64,000 nucleotides of DNA from Geopsychrobacteraceae bacterium (GTDB lineage Bacteria; Desulfobacterota; Desulfuromonadia; Desulfuromonadales; Geopsychrobacteraceae): positions 1,120,001-1,184,000 of the forward strand of contig OY759353.1 in assembly GCA_963662315.1 (NCBI GenBank), written 5' to 3'. A program made the translations under genes and the position numbers. The notes beneath the pieces were generated by a model. That model saw nothing but the letters and a program-made list of their open reading frames with translations, was not told where the DNA came from and did no database searches. Position 1 is the first letter of the stretch; each line of letters starts with the position of its first letter. Of the stretch, positions 40,740-49,852 are shown piece by piece.

Positions 40740-43175
40740 ATGTCCAATAACAAGGCCTGCTATACAACTCCAGTACTTATAATACTGATTATCATTCTGC
40801 TGCAGAGCATTTCTTTTTCGGCAGAGCTAGATAATACATCTGCATCCGATGATAAAACAATCCCTTCCCTGCCAACCATCCATGTTGAAGCGCCAAGAAT
40901 AGCCGCAACAACAGGAACAGTTATTCTTGACAAACAGTTGATTGAAGATTTACCAACCAGAAATGGCAGCGAAAATGAACTTATTGGAATCGCACCGGCC
41001 GTTCAGTATAGTGAAAACTACAACTTATCCCAATCCGGGGGAGAGATATACCCCCCTCCGGTGAGCATATCGGGAAGTCGATTTTACGACAATCATTATA
41101 CAATTGACGGTCTTGACAATACCAGTATTCTCAACCCCGGCAGCGATATGTATAATGATTCATACACCCTGCCGGGAACACCTCAGAAACAATTTCTGAA
41201 TCCGCGATTAATCGAACAGATTACAATCTTCAACAGCAATATTCCAGCTGAATTTGGCGGTTTTACTGGTGGACAGATCAACGTCAAAACAATTGAACCC
41301 ACCCCTGAATTCTGGGGCCAGCTCAGTTACCGAACAACCAATGACCAGTGGACCAAATTCCATATTGAATCAGAAGACAAAGAAGAATTCTTCGCTGCTG
41401 AAAGTTCTGAATATCAACCGAAATTCAACAAGCAGGATTTTGGGCTGATTTTAAATACTCCCTTAAGCAATGGAACCTCTGTTCTTACTGCATATCAGAA
41501 GACTATCTCAGAAATAGAGCAGAACTCTGCAGATGGAGCTAAGACCAATCGACGTGAAAAAGAAAACGTACTGCTAAAAGCAAACCACTTTTTCAACAAC
41601 AGCACCCAGATAACTTTTACAGGCCTATATTCTCCAACCCATAACAGTTATTTCCTTAAAGATTTTCACAACAGTAATTACAGCATTGATCGGAATGTCT
41701 ACTCTCTGAATCTGGAAGTAGAAAAAGATTTCTCCTTCGGCCAATTGTCTATTCAAACCGGCCATGCTGCCCATCAAATTAAACGCAATGCGCCATTGAA
41801 CCGCTTTATATGGAATACAAGTTCGGAAGAACTTAACCGTGAGGGGGGCAATGGCAACCTTGAATATAGCGAAAGAGAAATCAGTTTCAAATCGAAGTTA
41901 AAGATCAAGTCTTTCAACATGAGAGAAACTAACCATCATATTGATATCGGTGTTGAGGCCGGTTACGAAACAACAGGATACCTGCGCCCAAAATCTTCTT
42001 CGACTTACGCTTCTGCACAAGTAGCTGCAGACACGATCTGCAGCCCTGGCGATCCGGCCTGCCTTGAGGGTGATCGCTATTTAAAAATCAAGACAACCTA
42101 TAATGAAGCCGACACTTCTGATTCAAACACCCAGTTGAGATTTTTTATTCAGGACTCAATGGTCTGGAAACGCTTAGAACTATTTCCAGGATTGCGCGTC
42201 AATTATGACAGTCTAACCGAAGATGTTAATTTTGCCCCACGCCTGTCGAGCTCTCTCGATTTTTTCGGTGATGGCTCAACCATTATGTTTGCAGGACGAA
42301 ACAAATATTACAGTAGTACCCTTCTTGAACCAGGGACATACAGTTACACATTCTATAACCGTGATTCCAGCACTCAAAATTGGTATGTCAAAAACTACAA
42401 TAATTTCATAACCGCAGATATAAAATCTCCAAGCACTACAGAGACGACCATAGGGGTTATTCAGAAAATCTTTGGGGGAGAGCTGAAAGGTCAATATATA
42501 CACAAGGAAAGTAAAAATGAATTTGCCCGGACCCACATTACGACAAAGGAAAATACAGAAACTATTGATAGTGGCACAAAAACAGTTACATACAATACTT
42601 ACTATCTAAACAATGATGGTCAGTCTGAGTATGAGAGTATGCTTTTGAGTTGGCAGAAAACCTGGGAGCAACACTATTTTGAAATCAACAGCACCTGGCA
42701 GGTTTCGACAACATCAAATGGTGTTTATACGGATAATTTTGACCGTGAAGATGCAAGGGAAACATATTGGTACGAAGGAAAAGAATATTACAAATATGAA
42801 AAACCAAAAGCAGATTTCAACCGGCCAACGGTTGTAAATATGATCTACAGATGGCAGATCAACGAAGCTGTCAACTTCACCAACACACTGAAATACCGTG
42901 GCCAGTACTGGACCTTAAGATACGCCGGGACGCAACCAAGTGTCCTTAATCCAGACCAGGAACGAGATCCTTTTATCTACAAAAAAGTCAAAGCTAAAAG
43001 CGCTCTCACGGTTGACTGGTCTGTCAACTGGAGAGTCCTCGGAATCGATAATTACGATATTATTGTAAACCTCGATATCCTGAATGTTTTCAACAAACGC
43101 AATAAACAGGGTTACCTTTTTAACAACTACGATATCGGGCGCCAGTTCTGGTTAGGAATCGATTTCAATTTTTAA
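40740..43175 (+). CDS. TonB-dependent outer membrane receptor (FusA/YddB-like)
   Basis: Signal peptide, TonB-box-like PTIHVEA, plug NSNIPAEFGGFTGGQI, C-terminal LNVFN...GRQFWLGIDFNF. Confidence 0.88.
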   Translation: MSNNKACYTTPVLIILIIILLQSISFSAELDNTSASDDKTIPSLPTIHVEAPRIAATTGTVILDKQLIEDLPTRNGSENELIGIAPAVQYSENYNLSQSGGEIYPPPVSISGSRFYDNHYTIDGLDNTSILNPGSDMYNDSYTLPGTPQKQFLNPRLIEQITIFNSNIPAEFGGFTGGQINVKTIEPTPEFWGQLSYRTTNDQWTKFHIESEDKEEFFAAESSEYQPKFNKQDFGLILNTPLSNGTSVLTAYQKTISEIEQNSADGAKTNRREKENVLLKANHFFNNSTQITFTGLYSPTHNSYFLKDFHNSNYSIDRNVYSLNLEVEKDFSFGQLSIQTGHAAHQIKRNAPLNRFIWNTSSEELNREGGNGNLEYSEREISFKSKLKIKSFNMRETNHHIDIGVEAGYETTGYLRPKSSSTYASAQVAADTICSPGDPACLEGDRYLKIKTTYNEADTSDSNTQLRFFIQDSMVWKRLELFPGLRVNYDSLTEDVNFAPRLSSSLDFFGDGSTIMFAGRNKYYSSTLLEPGTYSYTFYNRDSSTQNWYVKNYNNFITADIKSPSTTETTIGVIQKIFGGELKGQYIHKESKNEFARTHITTKENTETIDSGTKTVTYNTYYLNNDGQSEYESMLLSWQKTWEQHYFEINSTWQVSTTSNGVYTDNFDREDARETYWYEGKEYYKYEKPKADFNRPTVVNMIYRWQINEAVNFTNTLKYRGQYWTLRYAGTQPSVLNPDQERDPFIYKKVKAKSALTVDWSVNWRVLGIDNYDIIVNLDILNVFNKRNKQGYLFNNYDIGRQFWLGIDFNF

Positions 43176-45285
43176 CAACAACAGCATCTTTTACAACAAT
43201 CAGATGAGATCCGGCTGAAATATTCAAATCATAGTGCCCAACATTACTGATTCCGCTAAAACCGATCACAGCTTTTCCACTATAAATCTTAATATGGTCT
43301 GACACATGAGGCAAAGGAAGGGTCAAAATACTGCCCTTGGTTCTGGGTAAATATAATAATCCATCCCCCAACACAGGGTAGCGCGCCAAAGATGGCAATT
43401 CCATCTTCCCGACAACAAAAGGTTTGTGAGCATCCTCGATATTAACCAGATCAATTCCATCCGTATCATTCAAGATCAATGCAAGTGAATCTTGTAGCAA
43501 AATACCTTTACTTCCCCCAGACAGGCCCAACGATGAAACAATTTTGGAATTCACCGGATCACGAACATCCGCAATCATCAAACCGGAACGCCCATTTGCG
43601 ATATATGCAAATCCATTTTTCACCTGGACATCAATTGCCATGGCAAACTGGCTCATAGGGAAAGGTAACGTTAGGTGGCTTTTTAAGTTCAACTCACCTT
43701 GTTCTGACACGGAAAATATCAACAGTCCGTTCTCCTTTGTTGCCACAAAAAGGAAACCACGATCAAAGACCATAGCAAGTGCATGCAAGTCGGGCAAACG
43801 AGCAGTAACAACAGGTTCGGACAAATTATTAAAATCGATACATTCAATTCCGTAAATGCCCCTGGAACTAATAGCAAAATGCTGCCAGACAGCAAGATGT
43901 GAAGCGGTAATATGAGGCCATCGGGTTAGCTCAACCGGATCTGGCGCACTCGTATCAAAAATCTCAATACCATCCGACCCCTGAGTAACAAACAGAAGGT
44001 TTCCAGAAGAAGCGAATGAAGTCGATGGAGAGACCGAAAGAGATCGTAATTTTTGTTTTGGATCACTTTTCTCAATATAATAAGCGCCTTGAGTTCCCAA
44101 TGCGACATAGACATTACGCTTATCAAGAAAAAGATCATTAACCGGATAGGGAATTTCATACAGCTTAGCCACTTGAGCGGAAGTAAGGCTATGTCGGTTA
44201 AACACCCTTAACCCCTTGTTTCTTCCCGTAACAAAGAGATAATCACCGGCTTCTTCAAGAGTCGTAATCTTATCGGACAGAAAGTAATTAGATGTGCCCT
44301 CAAAGGAGTTCAAATTAAAACAGGAAATTGCAGAAAAGTTTTTAAATAAATAAAGCCCGGATTTTCCTGAAAAAAGTTTTTCAACTGTATTTATTAAGGG
44401 TTTCTCAAAAATAGGTTCAATATGACCATTATTATTGACACGAAATCCGGCAAGCCCTGCTCGCGAGGCCGTATAAAACCCTTCATGACTGAAAGAAGAA
44501 CTTATGGCCGACTCGGTGCGAACGACCCGATCTATTTCAGCAAGATGTCCTGCGCTGTCGATACTATAAGTAATGACGCTGCGCTGTCTTTTACTGAACA
44601 CGACCAGATAATCATCGATTATTCCAATATCCGAAATGAAATAACCCAACACAGACGGGGCCATCAGAGGATGGTAAACATTACGAATATCGAAACAGAC
44701 AAGCCCTTGTTGCCCCATGGCAACAAAAAGAAATCCATGGGAATAACAGAGTTTAACCACTGGATGGGAAAGTTTAAAGGAACTTAAAGTCTCGAGATGA
44801 TCTGCATCAATGATTTTAAAAAAAGTAAGACCGGTCTTGCCGCCCCCTGCTATCAGCACATCATCAACTATCAATAGAGCAGTAACAGCTTGATCCGTTA
44901 AATATTCCCCTAGCAACCGCGGTCGTTGCGGATTACTTACGTCAATGGCATACAAACCTCTGTCGTTGGTGGCAAGGTAAAGGACATCATTATGCAGCAC
45001 AGAATCATTGAAATATCCGGCGAGAGGAAGAGTTGCGATAACAGCCTGCTTGTTATCAACATTAGGCGTCAAAACAGCTTGGATATTTGTGGGAAATTTG
45101 CTCCCCTCTATGGTCATGGAAAATGAATCTTTGTGCGCAATCAAAACTTGGGAATTTGAAACGATTAGAGGCAGCGAACTGGTATCGCTCTGAGCAAAAC
45201 CGAAGTACCATAAAGCGAAAATCAGCGCACAGCCACCAAGAAAAGGAATCATTCTCAGTGAAGAATAGGAGACTTTAAACTTCAC
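43165..45285 (-). CDS. LVIVD-repeat beta-propeller protein, exported or membrane-anchored
   Basis: About 14 repeats of roughly 40 aa, e.g. DVQVKNGFAYIANGRSGLMIADVRDP; N-terminal hydrophobic segment. Confidence 0.85.
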   Translation of the reverse strand: MKFKVSYSSLRMIPFLGGCALIFALWYFGFAQSDTSSLPLIVSNSQVLIAHKDSFSMTIEGSKFPTNIQAVLTPNVDNKQAVIATLPLAGYFNDSVLHNDVLYLATNDRGLYAIDVSNPQRPRLLGEYLTDQAVTALLIVDDVLIAGGGKTGLTFFKIIDADHLETLSSFKLSHPVVKLCYSHGFLFVAMGQQGLVCFDIRNVYHPLMAPSVLGYFISDIGIIDDYLVVFSKRQRSVITYSIDSAGHLAEIDRVVRTESAISSSFSHEGFYTASRAGLAGFRVNNNGHIEPIFEKPLINTVEKLFSGKSGLYLFKNFSAISCFNLNSFEGTSNYFLSDKITTLEEAGDYLFVTGRNKGLRVFNRHSLTSAQVAKLYEIPYPVNDLFLDKRNVYVALGTQGAYYIEKSDPKQKLRSLSVSPSTSFASSGNLLFVTQGSDGIEIFDTSAPDPVELTRWPHITASHLAVWQHFAISSRGIYGIECIDFNNLSEPVVTARLPDLHALAMVFDRGFLFVATKENGLLIFSVSEQGELNLKSHLTLPFPMSQFAMAIDVQVKNGFAYIANGRSGLMIADVRDPVNSKIVSSLGLSGGSKGILLQDSLALILNDTDGIDLVNIEDAHKPFVVGKMELPSLARYPVLGDGLLYLPRTKGSILTLPLPHVSDHIKIYSGKAVIGFSGISNVGHYDLNISAGSHLIVVKDAVVVKN

Positions 45286-47684
45286 CCTGAAACCTTCCGA
45301 TCAATATCAAAATAAGTTGACTCAACAAGATAACTTTCGAGCTTTTGTAGTTCAGCTGGGAGCAGCGGTTTATTCAACACCAGATCAAAACCGTGCTTAT
45401 TACCGAAGGAGAATGATTTTTTAGTAATGGCTACGTAAATATTATCCGAGCACTCGTCCCTGATATCTTTTAGAGAATGTAAATCCTGATGTTCAACATC
45501 AAAAAACAGAATCGCTTTGCAAGTATTAAGTGGAAGATTTGTCGCTTTGAAATATTGGTAATCAGAAGATGATGCAATATTTTTAATAACTTTTTGAATC
45601 CCAAGTCTCAACAGTTCTCTACTTGCAGCATTTTGACTGAAAATATATGCCTCTGGCAGTGACTCCTGTACGTGCGAGGGTGCCTTTTGCGATTCTGCGC
45701 TAGAGAGCATTTGCCCGGGAAGGTTTATTTCTTTGATAATAGACCGATAAAGGCTGTTCCAAGTAATCGGGTAGTGCAGCAAAACCTCGCCAGCAGGTAA
45801 ATCTACAAGTTGTGAACGATCAAGACAAAGCCAGAAGACATGCAAATCAGATAATTGTTTATTTTGTTGAATAAGAGCGTTTATAACGTCCTTGGCAGCA
45901 ATACTTATATCGACATAGCAATAGCGCAAGGCCGGAGAGCGCTTGTACGCTGAAGCTAAAAACACTAAAGCATCGGCCGGGTCTCTATAACAATTGATAG
46001 AGACGCCAAGCTGATGAAGATTCCTTAACAGCACACGACTGTTAAGATTGTTTGGAACACAAACGAAGGCCTCGATTTCCCGCTGATTCTGGGGCAGAGG
46101 AAAAGATTTTCGAGATAATATGGGCAGCGATAAAAAGACACGAAAAACGGTTCCACCTCGTGGCCTGGATTCTACAGAAATACGACCGCCCATAAGATTG
46201 ACCAACTGTTTAACGATGGCCAAACCAAGCCCTGCTCCTGCCTTCTCTCGTGTATCTGAACCATCGACCTGATAAAAAGCGTCAAAAACTGTGGCCTTTA
46301 CACTATCATCAATCCCCTCCCCTGAATCTTCAACCTCTATAACGAAGTCCCCAAGTTGTGAACTATGCCCGGCACATAGAAGCCTGACGATAACATGGCC
46401 TGTAGACGTAAATTTGATTGCGTTACCGATCAGATTCAAAAGAATTTGGCGAATTCTCATTTCATCTGCACGAACTGTCCAGGTTGCGGACAGTGGTATA
46501 TCCGCCACCAACTGCAATCCTTTGTCAAAAGCTTGAGGCGCTAGAAGTTCAACACAGGTTTCAACAATGTGGTAAATATCGACTTCGGCTGGGTTTAATG
46601 TCAGTTTGTTCGCTTCAATTTTAGAGAAATCAAGAACATCACTAATGAGTTGCAGTAATTCCTGCCCACTGTTGCCAACGGTCCTGACCAGTAGTCGCTG
46701 ATGAGAATCCAGTTTCGTTCTCAGCAATAGCTCATTCATGCCTAAAACACCAATCAAAGGCGTTCTTAATTCGTGCGTCATGCGCGACAAGAAGTCAGAT
46801 TTAGCCTGATTTGCTTCATCGGCCTGAACTTTAGCGGATTCGAGTTTTTCAATTGCACAGCTTAGTTCCCAGGTCCGCTCCCGAACAGCATTTTCAAGAA
46901 ATTGTTGATGCCGATCGAGTGTTTTCTGATGTTTCTCTACCTGGCCAAGCATCGTATTAAAACCATCCACCAGAATGCCGATTTCATCCTCTGTCTGTTT
47001 TTCGGCACGCAATGAATAGTCTTTATTCTGGGATATTTGCAGCATAAGCTGAGCGAGGTTCAGCAATGGAGCAGAGACTGGTTTCTGCATGATGCCAGCA
47101 AGATAAAAGGACAGGAAAACCAAGAAGACAAAAGCAAGAGAAAGGCCAATCAAGGCCCCGTGAAAACCACTATAGAAGGCACTTAAATCGCTTAATAAAT
47201 AAAGAGACCCAACCAGCTTTCCATCAAAATAAATAGGCGTAAAACTGCTGTAATAGCTCTGTGAAAAATTCATCGTCCCCTGCTGCTCAGCAAAGCGTGC
47301 AGGAGACCATTCATAAGAAGAGAAGTCAATTTTCAGAGCTGTCAAAGCGAGCTCATTACGGTTGGGCGCTAAATATTCAGCGACAGGGGTCCCGTTAGCA
47401 TCAAAAAGGTAGCAGGCATGAATATTATTCAGACGGGATAAGGCTTGCAGTAGCTGTTCAATTTGGACAAACTGCTCTAGAATCAGAAATTGACGGACCT
47501 GTTCACTGAGTGAAGTGGCCAGGATGGTATTTTCATTTTTAATAGCAGCCTGCTTGGCATATAACTCAGAAGCCAGAAATACTCCGCCAACTACAACGAG
47601 CAAGATGGCACAAATCCCGGTAATCAGTATTGACAGCTTGCTCCTGATTGAGGATCGATTGTACAAGTTCAAACACCCCTCCAC
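45282..47684 (-). CDS. Hybrid sensor histidine kinase (CHASE8-like, HAMP, HisKA, HATPase, two degenerate REC domains)
   Basis: Two TM helices, HAMP DEIGILVDGFNTML, H-box FLSRMTHELRTPL, N-box NLIGNAIKFT, DSGEGI, GAGLGLAI. Confidence 0.92.
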   Translation of the reverse strand: MEGCLNLYNRSSIRSKLSILITGICAILLVVVGGVFLASELYAKQAAIKNENTILATSLSEQVRQFLILEQFVQIEQLLQALSRLNNIHACYLFDANGTPVAEYLAPNRNELALTALKIDFSSYEWSPARFAEQQGTMNFSQSYYSSFTPIYFDGKLVGSLYLLSDLSAFYSGFHGALIGLSLAFVFLVFLSFYLAGIMQKPVSAPLLNLAQLMLQISQNKDYSLRAEKQTEDEIGILVDGFNTMLGQVEKHQKTLDRHQQFLENAVRERTWELSCAIEKLESAKVQADEANQAKSDFLSRMTHELRTPLIGVLGMNELLLRTKLDSHQRLLVRTVGNSGQELLQLISDVLDFSKIEANKLTLNPAEVDIYHIVETCVELLAPQAFDKGLQLVADIPLSATWTVRADEMRIRQILLNLIGNAIKFTSTGHVIVRLLCAGHSSQLGDFVIEVEDSGEGIDDSVKATVFDAFYQVDGSDTREKAGAGLGLAIVKQLVNLMGGRISVESRPRGGTVFRVFLSLPILSRKSFPLPQNQREIEAFVCVPNNLNSRVLLRNLHQLGVSINCYRDPADALVFLASAYKRSPALRYCYVDISIAAKDVINALIQQNKQLSDLHVFWLCLDRSQLVDLPAGEVLLHYPITWNSLYRSIIKEINLPGQMLSSAESQKAPSHVQESLPEAYIFSQNAASRELLRLGIQKVIKNIASSSDYQYFKATNLPLNTCKAILFFDVEHQDLHSLKDIRDECSDNIYVAITKKSFSFGNKHGFDLVLNKPLLPAELQKLESYLVESTYFDIDRKVSG

Positions 47685-47875
47685 AATACGTTCAATTCAT
47701 ACAGACTACAAAACCAGAGTAAATTTGACCAAGCGCAAAAACCGATTTTGAAAAGAAAACAGATATTATTCCAGATCCATGCATTCATGACTTAAGCACT
47801 TACAATTACACCCCTACTCAAAAAATACAACGTGCACAAATCGAAAAATGTTGAAATACTAGCATCTTATTCATA

Positions 47876-49573
47876 CCTGAATCCGTGAGGTAGCCAGTCG
47901 GCACTTTCACGCTTTGCCTGCGAACCCATTTTCGCAGTCAATTTTGATTCAAAGCTGACCTGATCTACTCCGATGAGCACAGGTAGCTACGTTCTTTGAC
48001 AATTCAGCTGATTATTTTTTCGTTCGTCTTGCTCCTTTGTAAATTGAGGACGTGCGTGACTGTGCACGTCCTTGGCCGCGGTATTTTTCAGCACTGTACT
48101 GATGCGTTTCGACATTAGTCATAGGCAAAATGCTCATAGGTCTTGATGAAAGCCTGTGCCTGCCTGATCGCATGGCAACTGAATCGCAGCATCAAGCCAT
48201 GGGCGTGACGAAGAAATCGGGCAGCGAAGTACATCAAATCCTGCAGTACGGTTTTGAGGCGCCGACGCTGTTTGGCTCGACGGGCCTGTTTTTTGTCCAT
48301 CAGACCGACCTGGCCGATGGCCCGCAACAGATTGTACGCCAGCCCGGCACAGCTCATCACCAGAGCGTTGGTCGCAAGCTTGCCCGATGGCAGCCGCTCC
48401 AGATCCAGGTCGGTCTTGAGTTCGGAATGATACTGCTCGCACAGGGCATGCCCCTTGTAGAGTTCGATGATCGTCTCCTTGTTGCTGGAGAGACTGGTCC
48501 ACCAGCCTTCAATCTCGATATCGGGAACCAGAAGTGGACCGTTTCGATCAAACCAGCGCTCAGAGGCACGCAGAACACGACGTACCTTGATGGTTTTGTC
48601 TTTGCCCTCGCCATCGTTGTAGGTCCGTTCAACCGTTTCCGTCATGATGGCGATCCGTTCGTCCTTGGTGTCTTTCACCAGCTTGCCGTGGGCAAAGATT
48701 TCCGTGGCTTTGATCGGAACATCGGTGTTGCGCGGATTCCATTTGATGATGAAGTCGGCCTTCTGCTCTTTCAGGGCGATCAATGTCGCCAGGGCATCAT
48801 GGGCGCTGTCCAGTCGCACCAGCAGTGGGGCGTCGGTTAGCTGATGGGCTTTGTGCAAGGCCCGTAACAGCAGAGGGATAAATCCTTCCTGAGCATGCTG
48901 GGAACCGGGACGCTGTTCGATCTCCAAACACCAGCCTTCCAGTCCCAGCCAGACACCAAGAGGGGCGTAACCGTTAAAGCCTCGATACGTGTAGGAGACA
49001 CCCTCTTTCTTGGTGTCCGAGTTGTCGAGAGTGAAAACATCCAGATCAAGAGGCATATGCCCAGTGGACAATGGCGAGAGTTGTGCCTTGGCTTTCTTGA
49101 GAAACTCCACCGAACAGAAGTCGACGATGATCCGCAAGACCTCGGCGAACTGATCGAGACGCTGCCGCAATGTTTCCTGTGAGGGCGTTTTGGTTAGCCC
49201 CAACGAGGTCCGAAAAAACTCATCGTCCTCAAAAAAAGGATGGATAGCGGCAAAATCGCTTTTACCCTGACAGAGCAGACCCAGATAGCTGCGCAGGACA
49301 TCGGACGTGGCGATTCCCCGTTTGGGAGCCGCTTTATCGACCCGCGAAGCCAGCGAGGTATAGCGATTCAATGCCACACCGACCAGAGCCAGGCCAGACT
49401 GAGAGGTGTAAAATTCCTGCTTTGACTGCTCAAGCTTGAACCGGGGAAATGTCACAACCAAAACTCCTTGGGTGAAATTCGATGCGATTCAAGAATAGCA
49501 GAAAAGCACTGTAAAATCAGCTGATTGTCAAAGATCGAAAACAGTTTTAAGTTTGTTAACTCACGGATTCAGG
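47876..49573 (-). mobile_element. IS1380-family insertion sequence (1698 bp)
   Basis: TIRs CCTGAATCCGTGAG (47876-47889) and CTCACGGATTCAGG (49560-49573); 5-bp direct repeat TCATA at 47871-47875 and 49574-49578; visibly GC-richer than flanks. Confidence 0.95.
48115..49455 (-). CDS. IS1380-family transposase
   Basis: LDLDVF.LDNSDTKKEGVSYTY.GFNGYAPL, LVRLDSAHD and YKGHALCEQYHSELKTDLDLERLPSGK; GTG start after AAGGAG. Confidence 0.93.
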   Translation of the reverse strand: MTFPRFKLEQSKQEFYTSQSGLALVGVALNRYTSLASRVDKAAPKRGIATSDVLRSYLGLLCQGKSDFAAIHPFFEDDEFFRTSLGLTKTPSQETLRQRLDQFAEVLRIIVDFCSVEFLKKAKAQLSPLSTGHMPLDLDVFTLDNSDTKKEGVSYTYRGFNGYAPLGVWLGLEGWCLEIEQRPGSQHAQEGFIPLLLRALHKAHQLTDAPLLVRLDSAHDALATLIALKEQKADFIIKWNPRNTDVPIKATEIFAHGKLVKDTKDERIAIMTETVERTYNDGEGKDKTIKVRRVLRASERWFDRNGPLLVPDIEIEGWWTSLSSNKETIIELYKGHALCEQYHSELKTDLDLERLPSGKLATNALVMSCAGLAYNLLRAIGQVGLMDKKQARRAKQRRRLKTVLQDLMYFAARFLRHAHGLMLRFSCHAIRQAQAFIKTYEHFAYD

Positions 49574-49852
49574 TCATAGCCAACGGGAGCCCAAAGCTAC
49601 CGCTTGCAATAAATCCCATAAAATTGACAGAGAAGGTAATAATATTAGCAAACCATGCCCAGTTTAAAGCAAAAAGTTCCCATCTTGCCACAATGCACAG
49701 AACTGAAGAGATATCAGCAACCACCATCTACCTTTGGCGGGTCAGGAACCGAAGACATTGCTTTCGAAAAGAGCAATTCCTTTGATTGCACAATTTTTAA
49801 TAGTGCACTAAAGTATCTGACCACATTTGAAAGCGATATGGAGAAGATTGAT

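Noticed and set aside
48130..48840. 236-aa plus-strand ORF inside the IS
   Set aside because: Antisense to the GC-rich transposase, with no recognisable motif
49655..49852. N-terminal extension of the DUF6178-like ORF
   Set aside because: No RBS at 49655; a better RBS precedes ATG 49853
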